A stretch of DNA of 50,023 nucleotides from Reclinomonas americana ATCC 50394. Lineage: Eukaryota. Where the stretch lies: positions 102,135 through 152,157 of the forward strand of contig PS015043.1 of the NCBI GenBank assembly GCA_048213135.1. Reading direction: 5' to 3'. The notes under the pieces are model-generated. The model ran no database searches. It was not told the DNA's origin and saw only the letters and a list, made by a program, of their open reading frames with translations. A program made the position numbers and the translations under genes. Every line of letters starts with the position of its first letter. Within the stretch, counting starts at the first letter, position 1. Positions 1 to 16,984 of the stretch are shown here, piece by piece.

Positions 1-719
1 CACACACAAATGAGTTTTTTCATTGCTGCGTTCATTACTTTACTCGCACGCTCTCTTTCACACACACGCGCGCGCGCACACACTGTGTCACTGACCACGC
101 GCGCGTGCGCCTTCCGACACACTTATCCTCTCTCGCACGATGCCTGAACAGCGTGTCCGAGACCATTTCACCGTCCATTTGCAATTGGCGGGAAACTCAC
201 GCACACGCTTTTTCTCACTCGCCCACTCACTTTCTCACTCTTTTCACTCTCTCACTCTCTCGCGCACTCTTTCCTCTTGCTTGATCCCTGCGCAATGGAG
301 AAAAAGTTGCGAGAGGCACATGGTGCGCTGTCTGAGTCTGCGAGTACACTGGGAAAGCCGGCGGTGGAATGTGCGGTGGCGATGTTGCAGCGGATTACGA
401 GAGAATGTTTTGTTTGGTCATTGTGTGTGGATTATTGCGATTTTTGTGTGATTGTGTGCTGAGTTGTGTTTTTTTGGGGGGCAAGTGGCGAGAAGGAGCA
501 TGCGGGAGGCGGAGGAGGCGGGTGAGGCGATGGTGGAGGCCAGGCATGGTGCGAGGCAAGAGGCAAAGGGGTTGGGAAGCTAAAGGGGAAGGCGCCTTGC
601 TCGCGATCTTTCTTCTTGTGATTATTTTCGTGTTTCATCCTCTTCCACCTCCTCCTGTTTTTCTGCTTGTTGCAAAGGGGGTTGGGATAGGAAGGTAAAG
701 GCGCCATGCTCGCGATCGC

Positions 720-1180
720 CTTGTTCCTTCTGCTGCTTGATCTCTTGTTGTTGTTGTTGTTGTTGTTGCTCTTGTTGTTGTTTTTGTTGTTGTTGTTCTT
801 CTTGTCCTTGTTCTTGTTCTTCTTCTTATTCCTTCCTTCCTTCTCCTCCTCCTTCTCCTCCTTATCCTCCTCCTCGTCTTCCTTTTCTTCTCCTCTTCCT
901 CTTCTCCTCCTCCTCCTCCTCCTCCTCCTTGTTCTTCTTCTTCATATTGTTGTTGTTGTTCTTCTTCCTCTTCTTCTTCTTTCTTCTCCTCCTCCTTCTC
1001 GTTCTTCTTCCTCCTTCTTCTTCTTCTTCTTCTTGTTCTTCTTCTTCTTCTCCTTATCCTCTTCCTCCTCTCCTATTCCTCTTCTCCTTCTTCTTCTTGT
1101 TCTTCTCGTTCTTCCTTTTCTTCTGCTCCTTCTTCTTCTTCTTCTCCTCCTCCTCCTCCTCCCTTTTCTTCTCCTTCTGC
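720..1180. repeat. Low-complexity trinucleotide tract (TTG/TTC/CTC)n
   Basis: Directly visible. Similar (GA)n, (CT)n, (TTC)n and (TTG)n tracts occur at e.g. 10840-10975, 27480-27830, 36445-36920 and 49912-50023. Confidence 0.9.
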
Positions 1181-1393
1181 ATCTCACGATGTTTCTGCGC
1201 ACAGTTGAGTTGGTGGCACCACAACTGCTGCTGGATCTTTAATCGGGAAAGTAGCTCCTTTCCACACGCACGCTCGACTGCTGCGACGAGCCTTGACATC
1301 ACCGGTGATCGTCTCCAATCGACCCCTCTGACAATGATCCGCTCGCTGGCCGGCTGCCCAGCACCGCCACACTAAACACGATTACACTATTCG

Positions 1394-3339
1394 TTATTCG
1401 CTGTCGTCCATCCTCTCCCCTTCATCTTCCTCATCCTCCTCCTCTTCATCCTCCTCCTCCTCTTCCTCCTCTTCTTCTTCGTCCCCGTCATCCACATCCA
1501 TTCCAAACGCGGGTCGTGCCAGCCACCCAAGCTGGCGTCGCAGTGTCGCCTCGTGCAGTCGCGGTTGCTGCAGAACAAATTCCCGCCAGTACGGAGCGTT
1601 GCAGTAGAACCAGAAGTCGGGCACGGGGAACTGCTCGTTCAGCGGGCACAACTCGTCGTCCACCAGTCGGTTGTCCATGCCGTCGAGCTGCCGTTGCAAC
1701 TGCGGACGCAAGTCAGCAAGAAAAAGACGCGCGCGCACACACATACACGCACAAGCCAGCAAGTACGCACATCCACCGCGCGCTGCATATCGGCCAGTGC
1801 TGCAAAATACTGCTCGTTCTCCTTGTGCACGAGCGCACGCACCGCGAAGCCTTCGGGCGACAGGGGCCGGCGTTCCATCGCATACCTAATGTCGCCAGGC
1901 AAGTTGCGAATCTGCTTCAGTCTCTCCTCCGCGTCGTCAACATGATCTCGCTGCGCCAGCAAGAGGCGCACGTGGCTGAGGCGGAAGGCGGCCAAGTGAC
2001 AGCGACCATCCGAAAACCCCGTCGCAAACTCGTATTCGCTTTCAGCGGATTCGTAATCTTGCAGAAAATAGTGCAAATCTCCCAACAGCAACAGGAACGG
2101 CCACCACTCCGACAGACGATCGAGATAACGCAGTCGGGTGCACTCCACTAGCGCGGCTGCCGTCGCTTCCCCGCCCTCGGTCACGTGCGGTCGCAGTTGC
2201 AGTCGAGCATACGCGCGCACATCCTCACATGCGAAGGCATACTGCTCCACATTCTCTCGCGTCACGGTGCCGGCTCGGAGCAAGCGACCGATCGTGGCCC
2301 ACTCGAGCACCTCGCGCGCAGCTGGAGGATCGACACAAGGGTGAGCCATCGGGCACACACACACACACACACACACAGAAAACAGAGCACGCCACGTTGC
2401 ACACCTTCACATTGTGGGTTCAATTGCAACGCGCGCGAGGCATCGCGCGCCGCCTGCTCCACCTGGCAGCACAGGAAGTGCACACGAGCCAGCTGCGCCA
2501 GCACAGCCGGCAGGGCCGCCGGCGACACAACACCACCCTCCTGCGCTTTCACCGCGGCCTCCATCACCTCCATCGTGTACCAATTCTCCCGGACCTCCTG
2601 GTGCATTGCTTGCACCACCGGCACCTGCTGCTGCGCATCGCGCAGCGACATGCACGGCTCACCAGTGACTGCCAGTGCCCGCGAATACACCTCCGCACAC
2701 AGCCGCGCATGCTCCTCCTCCGCCGCCGCCACCTCCGCCGCCGCGGATGGAGCCACCACCCCCAGCGCCTGCTCCTCTTGCCGCCGCTCCTCTAACCTCT
2801 CCAGCACCTCGGCTTTCTCGCCGGCCACCCGCTGAAACGTCGACACAGCATCGCGCGCACTCGCCTCCTCCCGTCCTCGCGGATGCAGCTCTTCCACCTG
2901 TTGCGCGCACTCCACTGCATGTTCCCGCATGGCGCCGAGTGGAAGCACCACCGCGCACGACAAGCAGCGAATGGTCATGGCCTCCAGCAGCGCGGAAAAG
3001 TACGCGGCGGCCTCCAGGAGCTCTGCAGGCGCGCGCGGGGATTACGAGGGAAGAGGAGTTGTCGCGGTCAAGAGGGCAGTGGGCACGCACCTCCTGCAAG
3101 CGATTCGCGACAAGTGGGGCACGTGTCTTGTTGTTTCTGCGGCGAGGGTGTAAGGGCAGGCACGGGAAAGGGGAGCAAGGGAGGCAAACGCAACAGCCAT
3201 CCAGCCTTGCAGACATGATTCGCAGAAGAGGTGATCTGCAAGAAAAGGAGTGAGAGGAAGAGACAGAGACAGGTTGGAGGTAATGGAGAGGCGTGTGTAT
3301 ACCGCAGCGAGGACCGTGGACGGGATGATCGAGGCCGCC
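1394..3339 (-). CDS. RING (C3HC4) + Zn-finger + TPR-like protein, probable E3 ligase; exons 2 onward (exon 1 lies at 4636-4722 on +)
   Basis: Spliced translation gives (CQICL)GGLDHPVHGPRC|DHLFCESCLQGWMA|KQQDTCPTCRE = C3HC4 RING, then IRCLSC..MREHAVEC, TPR-like helices (LARVHFLCCQVEQAARDASRALQLNP; LLLGDLHYFLQDYESAESEYE) and an acidic tail; stop at 1394. Introns are GT-AG. Confidence 0.8.
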
Positions 3340-3432
3340 CTGTGACACACGAAAGACAAGAGAGGCGAAAATGAGAAGAGGCGATCTTAATGCTTGCAGA
3401 TAACTCAAGCAGTCTCTGAGTCTCTCAGCTTC

Positions 3433-3477
<45 letters not shown>

Positions 3478-3914
3478 TCCTTGAGCTTTCCCTGCGGCCC
3501 TCTTCAATGTTTCTCCTTTATCTTTTCCTTTGAAGTTCTTGCAGTTCTCTGTCTCTGTCTCTCTCTCTCTCTCTCTCTCTCNNNNNNNNNNNNNNNNNNN
3601 NNNNNNNNNNNNNNNNNNNNNNNNNNNNNNNNNNNNNNNNNNNNNNNNNNNNNNNNNNNNNNNNNNNNNNNNNNNNNNNNNNNNNNNNNNNNNNNNNNNN
3701 NNNNNNNNNNNNNNNNNNNNNNNNNNNNNNNNNNNNNNNNNNNNNNNNNNNNNNNNNNNNNNNNNNNNNNNNNNNNNNNNNNNNNNNNNNNNNNNNNNNN
3801 NNNNNNNNNNNNNNNNNNNNNNNNNNNNNNNNNNNNNNNNNNNNNNNNNNNNNNNNNNNNNNNNNNNNNNNNNNNNNNNNNNNNNNNNNNNNNNNNNNNN
3901 NNNTCTCGTCTCTC

Positions 3915-3998
<84 letters not shown>

Positions 3999-4139
3999 TC
4001 TCTCCCTTTCTCCTACCCCTCCCTCTTCTGCATCTCCTTGTGTGATTCTGCGAGACTGACAGACACATCCCACACTTGGCCTCGTACGCCCACATGCTGC
4101 TCACTTCCCCCTCTCCCTCCCTCACTTGCTGTGCAACCC

Positions 4140-4508
4140 ACCAGCGCCCTCGCCTCTCCATCCGCATCAACCAACTGTTCCTCCAGCTCCAACATATGAT
4201 TCGCCACATCGTGCAGCGTATCCCGTCGCGTATCCAGCGCCGCACTCATCAATGAAACCTTCATGTGATCAATCAATCAATCAACAATGAGCAAGTGAGT
4301 GAGTGAGTGCAGCAAGAGAGAGTGTTGTTACCTGTCTCTCAAGTTGCAAGTTCTTTGAGCGCAACATGAGCAGAAGTCGCTGATCAGGGTGGTGTGCCTC
4401 ACGTTGGAGAGTCTGTGTGAAGTGTGTGTGCGTGAGAGAGACAACTCGAAAAGCACGTACGCACACACAAAGAAAGAGACTTGCCTCAAACAGTGTCTGC
4501 GCGTCCAT
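4140..4508 (-). CDS. 5' exons of the coiled-coil gene at 5932-8772, on an apparently inverted contig
   Basis: MDAQTLFE|TLQREAHHPDQRLLLMLRSKNLQLERQ|VSLMSAALDTRRDTLHDVANHMLELEEQLVDADGEARALV. The first intron is GC-AG. The plus-strand gene beyond the gap lacks a start. Confidence 0.6.
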
Positions 4509-4635
4509 CTTTGCTCACTTTGAGCACACACTGCACTCACTCACTGCGCGGGTGTTGATTGGGGTGACAATTCGGCGCGAGGACACGCGGACGCGACGTT
4601 CCCCGCTCTTTTCTTTTGTTTTGTTTTGTGTTGTG

Positions 4636-4722
4636 ATGGGATGGGATACGTCGCGGCTTGTGCTGGCCTCTGATCGGGAGTTGGTGGAGCAGAGTGGCAC
4701 GTTTGTGTGTCAGATTTGTTTG
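4636..4722 (+). CDS. First exon of the RING/TPR gene, on an apparently inverted contig
   Basis: MGWDTSRLVLASDRELVEQSGTFVCQICL|GTGAGA supplies the first CxxC of the RING whose remainder is at 3339-3085 on the minus strand; splice phase 0 matches. Confidence 0.75.
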
Positions 4723-4952
4723 GTGAGAGACGAGAGACAAGAGAAAAGAGAGAGACTGAGAGAGGCTGAGTGAGTGAATGCGTGAGTGAGTGAGCAAGGG
4801 AGGGAGATAGCTGCAAAGACTTCAGAGGAAAAGATCAAGGGGAAGAAGGCCCGCGGGAAAGCTCAAGGAACAAAGAGAGAGAGAGAGAGAGCGAGACAAG
4901 AGAGAGAGAGAGAGAGGCAGACAAGAGAGAGACGAGGACAAGAGAGAGACAG

Positions 4953-5002
<50 letters not shown>

Positions 5003-5931
5003 NNNNNNNNNNNNNNNNNNNNNNNNNNNNNNNNNNNNNNNNNNNNNNNNNNNNNNNNNNNNNNNNNNNNNNNNNNNNNNNNNNNNNNNNNNNNNNNNNN
5101 NNNNNNNNNNNNNNNNNNNNNNNNNNNNNNNNNNNNNNNNNNNNNNNNNNNNNNNNNNNNNNNNNNNNNNNNNNNNNNNNNNNNNNNNNNNNNNNNNNNN
5201 NNNNNNNNNNNNNNNNNNNNNNNNNNNNNNNNNNNNNNNNNNNNNNNNNNNNNNNNNNNNNNNNNNNNNNNNNNNNNNNNNNNNNNNNNNNNNNNNNNNN
5301 NNNNNNNNNNNNNNNNNNNNNNNNNNNNNNNNNNNNNNNNNNNNNNNNNNNNNNNNNNNNNNNNNNNNNNNNNNNNNNNNNNNNNNNNNNNNNNNNNNNN
5401 NNNNNNNNNNNNNNNNNNNNNNNNNNNNNNNNNNNNNNNNNNNNNNNNNNNNNNNNNNNNNNNNNNNNNNNNNNNNNNNNNNNNNNNNNNNNNNNNNNNN
5501 NNNNNNNNNNNNNNNNNNNNNNNNNNNNNNNNNNNNNNNNNNNNNNNGTGCTTGAGGAGCAGCTTATGGATATCCAAGCTTATGTTGCTGTCTGTCATGC
5601 TTGAAGATACAGAGGAAGGAGCGAAGGGAAGAGCGCAAGCGAGAGAGAGAGAGAGAAAGGAGAGAGAGAGAGGCACACGCACATATGCGGAGCTGGTGGT
5701 AGTACACGGTCAAGCTTATGTGTCTGTCAATCTCGGAGAACCACACATATGAATGAAAGGCACACATGCAAACATCCCGAGAAACCGAGACAGAAAGAGA
5801 ACTCGCCAGAGGCTAAAGGAACAGCATTTGCGACTTGTACAGAGAACAGCAAGCTTGTTCTGCAAGAGTAGCCAATCTTTCCTCACGCTCTTCCTCCCCT
5901 CCCCTCGCCTCCCTTTCCCCCCTTTTCGCAG

Positions 5932-8772
5932 TCCTCCGACGAAGTCGTCAACATCCTCCGCTGGTGCCGTCGCACCTCCACTCGCCTGCGCACGCTCGAC
6001 CAGGACGCGCAATCGCTTCGTGGCGCTCCCTTCCTGCTCTTCCCCAGCAAGTACGTCAAGTCGCAGTTCACAGCCAGCAGCACCGAGCAGATGTTGTCGG
6101 TGGTGGACATGTGCAACGGGTCGTTTGATCACCTGGAGCTGTCGAGCCTCGGGCAGGTCGAGGAGTGTCTGCGGGAGGTGTATGCGCGACTGAGGACGTT
6201 TGAGGCGAGCCTGCGATCGCTCTCCATTCGCCATCCAGTGGACAGAGTTGCGTCGTGGAGAGCAAGTGAGGAAGAAGGCTGGAAGACGAGTGCTTTCTTC
6301 TTTGTCTTACATTCTCATTTCTGTCTCATCCCCTTCTCCTAACACTCCTTTCTTCCATCACAGGCCGCTCTGGAGGCTGCGGCAGCCAATGCCCGCGGGC
6401 AGGTGGCGGATTGTGTGCAGGAGCTGGCCGAGTTGGCCGTGGTTGTGCCGTCAAGTTGCGATGAGCTGTCCGTGCTGATGCGGTTTCTACCTCTCTCACG
6501 TGTTGGACTGGCAAACCAGGACAAGCAAGTCGTCGCGGCTCGTGGGCGCCATCCACAAAGGAAGTGCTCACTGTGCTTCCACCGTTTTCGCGTGCCAAGT
6601 TGCGTTCCTCAAAACAGATTCAAGACGCTCGTCGTGCACCTTCTGGTTCATGCCGCCATGATCTTCCCATTTCTGTCTTCTGAGTGCCATTCTCCTCTCA
6701 GTTGCAGTCACCGTCCCTGTCACGCTTTGATCCTGTTAAGGTGTTTGCCTCCACTTTCCTGCCGCTGTATCGTCCCTGCGCTTTTTGCCTGCACGCTCGC
6801 GCCACTTTCTTCGCCACCTCCACTCAGTCTCAGCACTCTCTCTCTCTCTCTCTCTTCTTCCTGCCCCACACACAATCTTCGCGCTCTCTCCAGCAGGTCA
6901 CCTCCACTTTTTCCAATCGCACTCTCTCCGCATTTACTTCGCCACCCCCACTCAGTCTCAGCAGGACCGCCTTCTGCCCTTCTTCAGTCTGCTTCTCCTC
7001 ACTCACTTTCTCCTCACCATCGTACCTACTCTCTCTGCAGTCACTTCTTCCTGACTCTCTACTCCCCTTCTCCATTCCCCCTTTCTCCATTCCCCCTTTC
7101 TCCCCTCCCCCTTTTCCCTTGCCCCCTTCTACCTTCTTCTCCCATCCCCCCTTCTCCCTTTCCCCCTTCCCCCTTCCCCCTTCTCATCTCCCCTCTCCCT
7201 CTTCCCAGAACCGACGGCCAAAAGATCATCCGCGCCCTCGTCGGCCACTTTCGCTGCAAGCAAGAGGAGGCCGCCATCGACATGGCCGCCCTCGAATCCG
7301 AAGTCGACTTTCTGCGCAGCGTTCGTGAGGAGATGGAGGCCGCGTATGAGAACATTATGCGCCGCGCCGATACGATGCCGCGCTCGGGCAGTCAGAGTCG
7401 CCTCAACACGGCCGCTCCATCGCCCTCACCCTCACCGTCTCCCTCGCCCTCGCCGAGCAACGCCGTCGCCATGCGGTCGCTGGCCGAAGTGCTGCGCTCG
7501 TTCTCCATGTTTGACAGTGCGCCGGCGGATGCGACGCTGAAGGAGTTCCTGTTGCGCTTCAAGGAGAACTCGGATGCGCTGTTTGATTTGCTGTCGGGAG
7601 CGGCGGCGGGAGATTCACGATCGGCCACCTCCAGTCCCGCGCCTGCCGTCAGCGCCATTGTGGGCGGTGGCAATGGTGGTGGTGGTGGTGTGGATTCGAT
7701 TCCGAGTGCGAAACTGCGAGCGGAGCTGGATCAGTTGCAGCGGGCGTTTAACGACAGGTACTTTTTGTGTCGCACAGATCTACCGACCTTCTTTCCTTAC
7801 CACCGCCTCACTGTTCCCGCCGTGCACGCAGATTCCAGTCGCTGATGGCCAAGAAGACGGTGCTGTCGGACAGAGCCGAGCAGGAGCTGGAGGTGTACCG
7901 CATGGCGAAATCCGAGGCGCCTCCGCCGTCCACTGTTGTGTACCTCTCACTTCTGCCGTCCATGATTCCCGCATTGCTCACGTGCACGAACACACAGCCC
8001 GACTTTGAGTTCACATACGGCGAGCCGGTGACGGCGTCGGGGGGCGTGAATGCGCGAAGGAATGCGCAAGGGGCGGGGTCTCGTTCGCGGATACCGGTGG
8101 GTGCATCGCCTGGCACGGCTGGCGGCTCGTCGCGAATGGCTCCGCCCCCGAGTGAGCTCCCTCGGCCGGCGACACAGCAGCGACGACCACCGCCATCGGC
8201 GCCTGCCTCGGATGTACGTCTGCGGGCCACGTTATTCACTTACTCGATTGCCTCATTCACTCGGTGCAGGACGACGGCGGCGCATTCCAAATGTCGAGCG
8301 TGCTGGCCCCCACCTCCTCAGCTGCTTCGCTCTCCGGTCGGCGAAGTGCTGCCTCACCCGCAACTGGGGGAGGTAGTCGCTCACAAGCCGCTGCTCCTAT
8401 GGCTGCTGCTACCGCCGCCGCTGGTGGTGGTGGTACATCCGTGCGTCACCGTTGCCCCACTCCCTTTCTCTCTGTGCCACGTTTTCTCATTTTGCTGCTT
8501 GTGGGGCCGCCAGAAGCAGGCGCGCGCGGCATTGATACAGCGCACCATCGAGGACGCAGAAAAGAGAATAGCGTCAGCCGAAGTTGCGTGTTATCGCCTC
8601 ATATAGTCTCTTCCCACTCGCGTGTCTCAAGCACGTGCGGCAGGTTTCGGACAGTCAACGACAGCGCGCCAATCAGTTGGTGGACCGCGAGCGGCAACGA
8701 CTGGACCAACTCACCGGTGTCAAGCGGCCGCAAACACAGTCGCGACTACCACCCAAGCCCGACTGGCAGTGA
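5932..8772 (+). CDS. Uncharacterised coiled-coil protein, multi-exon
   Basis: Exons join in frame: SSDEVVNILRWCRR...RHPVDR|AALEAAA...VVPS|RQASRRG...FSRAK|TDGQKIIRALVG...RAFNDR|FQSLMAKK...; ends KPDWQ* at 8772. No recognised domain. Confidence 0.7.
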
Positions 8773-8809
8773 GGTCGCACGAATCACGAATCAAAAATAT
8801 ATGCTACTG

Positions 8810-12341
<3,532 letters not shown>

Positions 12342-12958
12342 GATTGAGTGATTGAGTGATTGACTGACTGATACAGTAATCAGTGAGTGAAATTCCGCAA
12401 GTGCGCATGCTGTTTGTTGCAGGTTACAAAGCACCACGTTGCTGCTCATCCGAACGGGGAATACAATCATGCGTTGCTGCATGAGAGATTGGTCGCTGCA
12501 ATCGCGATGAAAGCACTGCACTATCGCGAGAAAATGAAGGCATTTTTCGACGAGATATCGAAAAGGACACGTGAAGAACCAAGGCTTCGCGGTTGCTGTT
12601 TGGCGGTAGGGTTCTGCATTATTGTACCTCTATACTCAAGAACTAGCCGGTGTGGCAGGTCAATGTAAACAGTGGCATTGCTTACCTCTTGTTCGCCGAG
12701 ATATCAAAAAAGGACACCGGCCGCGCGGAGGCTTCATGTGGACGTGTCGATGAAGGCAAGAGTGCGAAGACGTGAAGGCCGTCCACACTTCGACTTGTCC
12801 ATTCCCTCGTGAGCAGGCATTTGAGGGTCCTCTTGCACTGCCACTGCGATACGGTTAAAGCATGCGTTCATTGCGGCAAACAGTGAGACAGTGGGGAAAA
12901 GAGACAGACAGGCGAGAGAAAGAGAGCAGTGGAAGGCTCAGGCGTGAACTCTAATATC

Positions 12959-13552
12959 TCAGAGTTGGTTGTTGTTGGGTCCGACGTTGGTGTCGGTGGA
13001 CATGGTGCTGTTGCTTCGCATGCTGGCCTTGGAGGCCGACTTGTTCATGCGCGTACCGCCAGTGCTACCGGCCTGTGGGAAGAGGCAGGTGAGCGGGGAA
13101 GGGAGAGAGAGAGGCAGAGTGGCAAGCAGGGCTTACCGACGCGGACTTGTCCCATGGCATGTTGAGCAGCAGGGCGATGAGGCTGCGCGAGGATAGGGAC
13201 AGGAAGTGAGGTCAAGTGGGAGGAATAGAGAGTGGAGCAGGATTTGAACACTTGAAGAAATGGCGGGTGAGAGGAGAGAGAGAGAGAGAGAGAGAGAGGA
13301 GACAACGACGACAGTAGGAAGGAAGGGAAGGAGTCGGGACGGGGAAGGTAAGGACGACGACGGCCGGCCGCGACGACGACGACGACGACGACGAAGTAGT
13401 AGAAGTAGGAAAGGAAAAGGAAAGGAAGGAAGACGAAAGGAACGACGAAACGGGTANNNNNNNNNNNNNNNNNNNNTCTCGTCGTCGTCGTACGTCGTAC
13501 GTCGTCGTACGTACGTACGAGAGTAGTAGTAGTAGTAGTAGAGAGAGAGAGG

Positions 13553-13583
<31 letters not shown>

Positions 13584-15547
13584 GAGCAACAGCATGAGAG
13601 GAGGATGCGGGGAGAGTAGCCAGCGCCGCGCAGCAGCAGCAGATGAATGAGAAGAAAGAGGAAGCAGAAGCATAAGGGGCAGGACACGTAGAGTAACCAG
13701 CGCCGCAGCTGCCGCAAAGGCAGCAGCAGCAATAGCAGAAGACGAGAGAGACAGGAGAGGAGTTGACGGAAGAGACGAAACGCGAAAAGAAGATGGAGTT
13801 CGGGAAGACGGACAAGCAATGCAGCATCGCCAGCACGCGAAGAGGAAGAAATCGAATGAGTTCGGGAAGAAGAAGAAAGAGAGGAATTTGAAGCCAAAGA
13901 GAGAGAGAGCGAGAGAGAGAGAGAGAGAGACTCAAAGCTCTGGGAGGAAACAATAACAGTCAGAAAGAAAACGAAGCAAGGCAGTGGCAATCTTTCGTCT
14001 CTCTCTCTCTCTCTCTCTCTCTCTGCTTCTCTCCCTCCACGCAACAATCCAGCCAAGCAGTCGAAGAAAAAGTAGAAGAAGGTGATTAGTGCGGTGTGCT
14101 TGTACACGTATACTTGGTCGAGTTCACTGCGCGACAACCACCGCCACACAAGTGAATCATGCAGCGCACGACAACACAAATGCGACAAAAAGTAGCACGC
14201 AACAGGCCGAACTGGAAGCACACGACGACAAACGCAAAGCCGAGCGCAGCCGTGCCCACGGCCGAAAGCTTCAACAGTGCTCTCAAGGCTGCCGGCGACG
14301 ATCGTCGCTTCAGGCCAGCCACCACGGCCACAATCGTGCCGGCTGAAAGAGGAGGGGAGTGAGCCGCTTGCAACGACACAAGTGAGTTCACCAGAGGGCC
14401 GAGACGCAACTTGCACCGAAAACGAATAGCAAGAAGAGCCCGAATACAAACTGCGTGGCGCATGTGATGAGCAAAGTGGCGGCGATGGCAGGGATGACAC
14501 AAGTGCACCACCGCACCGCGAGACTAAAGCCGACGAGAGTGTAGTTGACTGGCAACTGTGGTACGTGCGTGTGAGAAGGGAGAAGGCGCTGCAAGTGGGT
14601 GTGCGGAAGAAAACAATCATTTGCGTACCGGCGAGTACCCGAACAGGATGATTTCGGTGATAAAGTAACCGATCTGGGCAGCGAGATGGAGGCGTGAGGC
14701 GATGGAAGGACGGCTTTTGAAGATAAGCACACGCACTCCAAAAATGAGGTCGAGAACCAAGAGCAAGTACAATAGCCAGTCGGGCGACTTGGCCACCAGC
14801 ACAAACAGCCATGACCTGCGTCGAGACAATCGATGAGCGCCACGCAAACGAGCAACAGCAGCAGCAGCAGCCGCCGACAAACCACACGGCAATGATGATC
14901 ATCTGCTTGGTCAAGCCGGCCACATAGTAGCCCTTCCACGCGGGGATGATCTGTGCGGCGGAGGTGAGAAGGCATTGTGTGCATGAAGTGAGCACCAGCG
15001 CGACAAAACTCCCGTGTGTCCACTACGCAGTGGATGAGAGTTAGAAAAGAGAGCAACAACAATGGTGGGTTGACGATGCGTACGCACCCGGCTTGCGGAA
15101 GAATGCAGGTAAAGTCGTCCTGGAACATGTAGATGGTGGCCACTGCGAGGGAGAGAGAGGGTTGGCATGGGGATAGAGAGAAAGGGAGGGTTGGCATAGA
15201 GGATGAGGCGGGAGCGAGAGAGGGGGCGAGGGGGAGAGAGGGGGGAGGGAGAGAGGGGGGAGGGAGGGGGAGAAAGAAGAAGAACAAGAAGTAGAAGAAA
15301 GAAGCGCGTCTCGAGAGCTGAGAGTGAGATAGATGACAGCGAAGATGCATTGTAAGAAACGATTCTTCAATTGCAGCAGACACGAGAAAGAGAGTCGGAG
15401 TGCTCTCGAGGGGCGAGGAACATCTCAACGCCGCAACAGAGACACAAGGACGAGATAGGTACACTTCTCAGTTCCAAGAACAGAGAGGAGAGGAACACTG
15501 CACCGAAACAGAGGAAGAAGGGCGACGAGATGTGTGTTCCTGCTCTC

Positions 15548-15591
<44 letters not shown>

Positions 15592-15913
15592 CCTCTTCTC
15601 TCTCCCTATTCACCATTTCACCAAGAACGAGTGAAGGGAAGACGTGAAATATCACGGCGAAACTCGCTTCAATTCCAAGAACAGAGAGGCGAGGAACAGC
15701 ACTGCAACAGAGGACGAAGGACAGGCAATGGACTCTCTCCCTCCTCTCTCTCTCTCTCTCTCTTTCTTCTCTCCCTATTCACCATTTAACCAAGAACAGA
15801 GAGTGGCGAGTGAAGAAGACGTGAAATACTCTCTTCAATTCCAAGAACGGAGAGACGAGGAACGCTGCGACGCAACAGAGGGAGACGGACGACGAGATGC
15901 AAGTTCCTTTCCT

Positions 15914-15973
<60 letters not shown>

Positions 15974-16689
15974 CTACTACTACTACTACTACCGTACTAC
16001 GTACCTACCGTACCGTAACGTACCGTACCGTAACCGNNNNNNNNNNNNNNNNNNNNTACGTACGTACGTACGGAAAACGTAACGTCTACGTCTCTCTCTC
16101 CTCCTCTCTCTCTCTCTCACTCTACTCACTCTCTCTCGTCTCTCTCTCTCACACACACACACACACTCTCTCTCTCTCTACTCTCTCTCTCTCTCTCTCT
16201 CACTCTCTCTCTCTCTCTCTCTCTCACTCACTCACTCTCTCCTTTGCACGCAACTGAGACAGTTAACAAACGACACCACTCGCAGCGACTGATACAGCCA
16301 CACTCGCAAGTTGGCCGTACGCAGTTGCTCTGAGCTCGTCAGCACATCACTGACAGAGAGAGAAAGAGAGACGCAGTGAGACACACACAGGAATGAAGCA
16401 ATATGTGTGTGTGTCTCTCTCTTACTCACCGATTGCGCAGCTCCGCGAGTGTGTTGTACACAACAGAGGCAACGAGACACACGCCAGTGGTAATGTAAAA
16501 CACCTGAGTGAGTCACAGAGAGAGCAGATGTGTGAGTGTGTGAGAAGGAGAGAGTCGCGCACGAGTGCTGCAGATATGCACGTGCGTGTTCACGTGAGCA
16601 CACACCTTGAGGAAGGTGAATGCATCAGTGCAGCCTGCAAAGGTGGTCGGGAAGGCGGGGGGAAGTGGGGGAAGTGGGGGACCACTCAT
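12959..16689 (-). CDS. Multi-pass (~6 TM) membrane protein, paralog 2
   Basis: MSGPPLPPLPPAFPTTFAGCTDAFTFLK|VFYITTGVCLVASVVYNTLAELRNR|...RVWLYQSLRVVS...|IIPAWKGYYVAGLTKQMIIIAVW|...LLKLSAVGTAALGFAFVVVCFQFGL|ELDQVYVYKHTALITFFYFFFDCLAGF|LIALLLNMPW; mostly the same intron positions as paralog 1. Confidence 0.75.
15465..15915 (+). repeat. Intronic tandem repeat (~3 copies, ~170-200 bp)
   Basis: TTCCAAGAACxGAGA..GAGGAAC recurs at ~15472, 15673 and 15839; CTCTCCCTATTCACCATTT recurs at ~15600 and 15769. Confidence 0.75.
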
Positions 16690-16984
16690 TCGCCGACAAT
16701 GTGTGTGAGTGTGTGAATTTCTAGACAGACGAATATTCCGAACAGATGCATTCTGTGGACTTCACGGGCACTTGCATTGTCTGCGCCAAGGCTGTGCTGT
16801 GCTGGGAGTAGGAGCGCAAAGGAAGCGACGATACGAGCGATGCAAAACAGGAATACAATTGCATTGAATTCGTATCTGTATTCAGGCGCGTAAGCGTGCG
16901 GAAAGGTTGGGCACTGCCTCCTCAAGAGGAGGATGACCGTTGGAGAAGAGTACCTGAGCCTTTGCATGCCATTGGAATGATTAG

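Noticed and set aside
277-415. Possible exon MEKKLREAHGALSESASTLGKPAVECAVAMLQRITRE
   Set aside because: It looks coding, but I could not support any downstream exon or motif.
706-1375. Long low-complexity ORFs (poly-L/S/R/E) here and across GA/CT tracts
   Set aside because: They are translations of microsatellites, introns or N-gaps with no protein motifs.
12387-12720. Short ORF and duplicated GAGATATCxAAAAGGACAC motif between the TM paralogs
   Set aside because: Only two short copies, no recognisable domain and no consistent splice chain.
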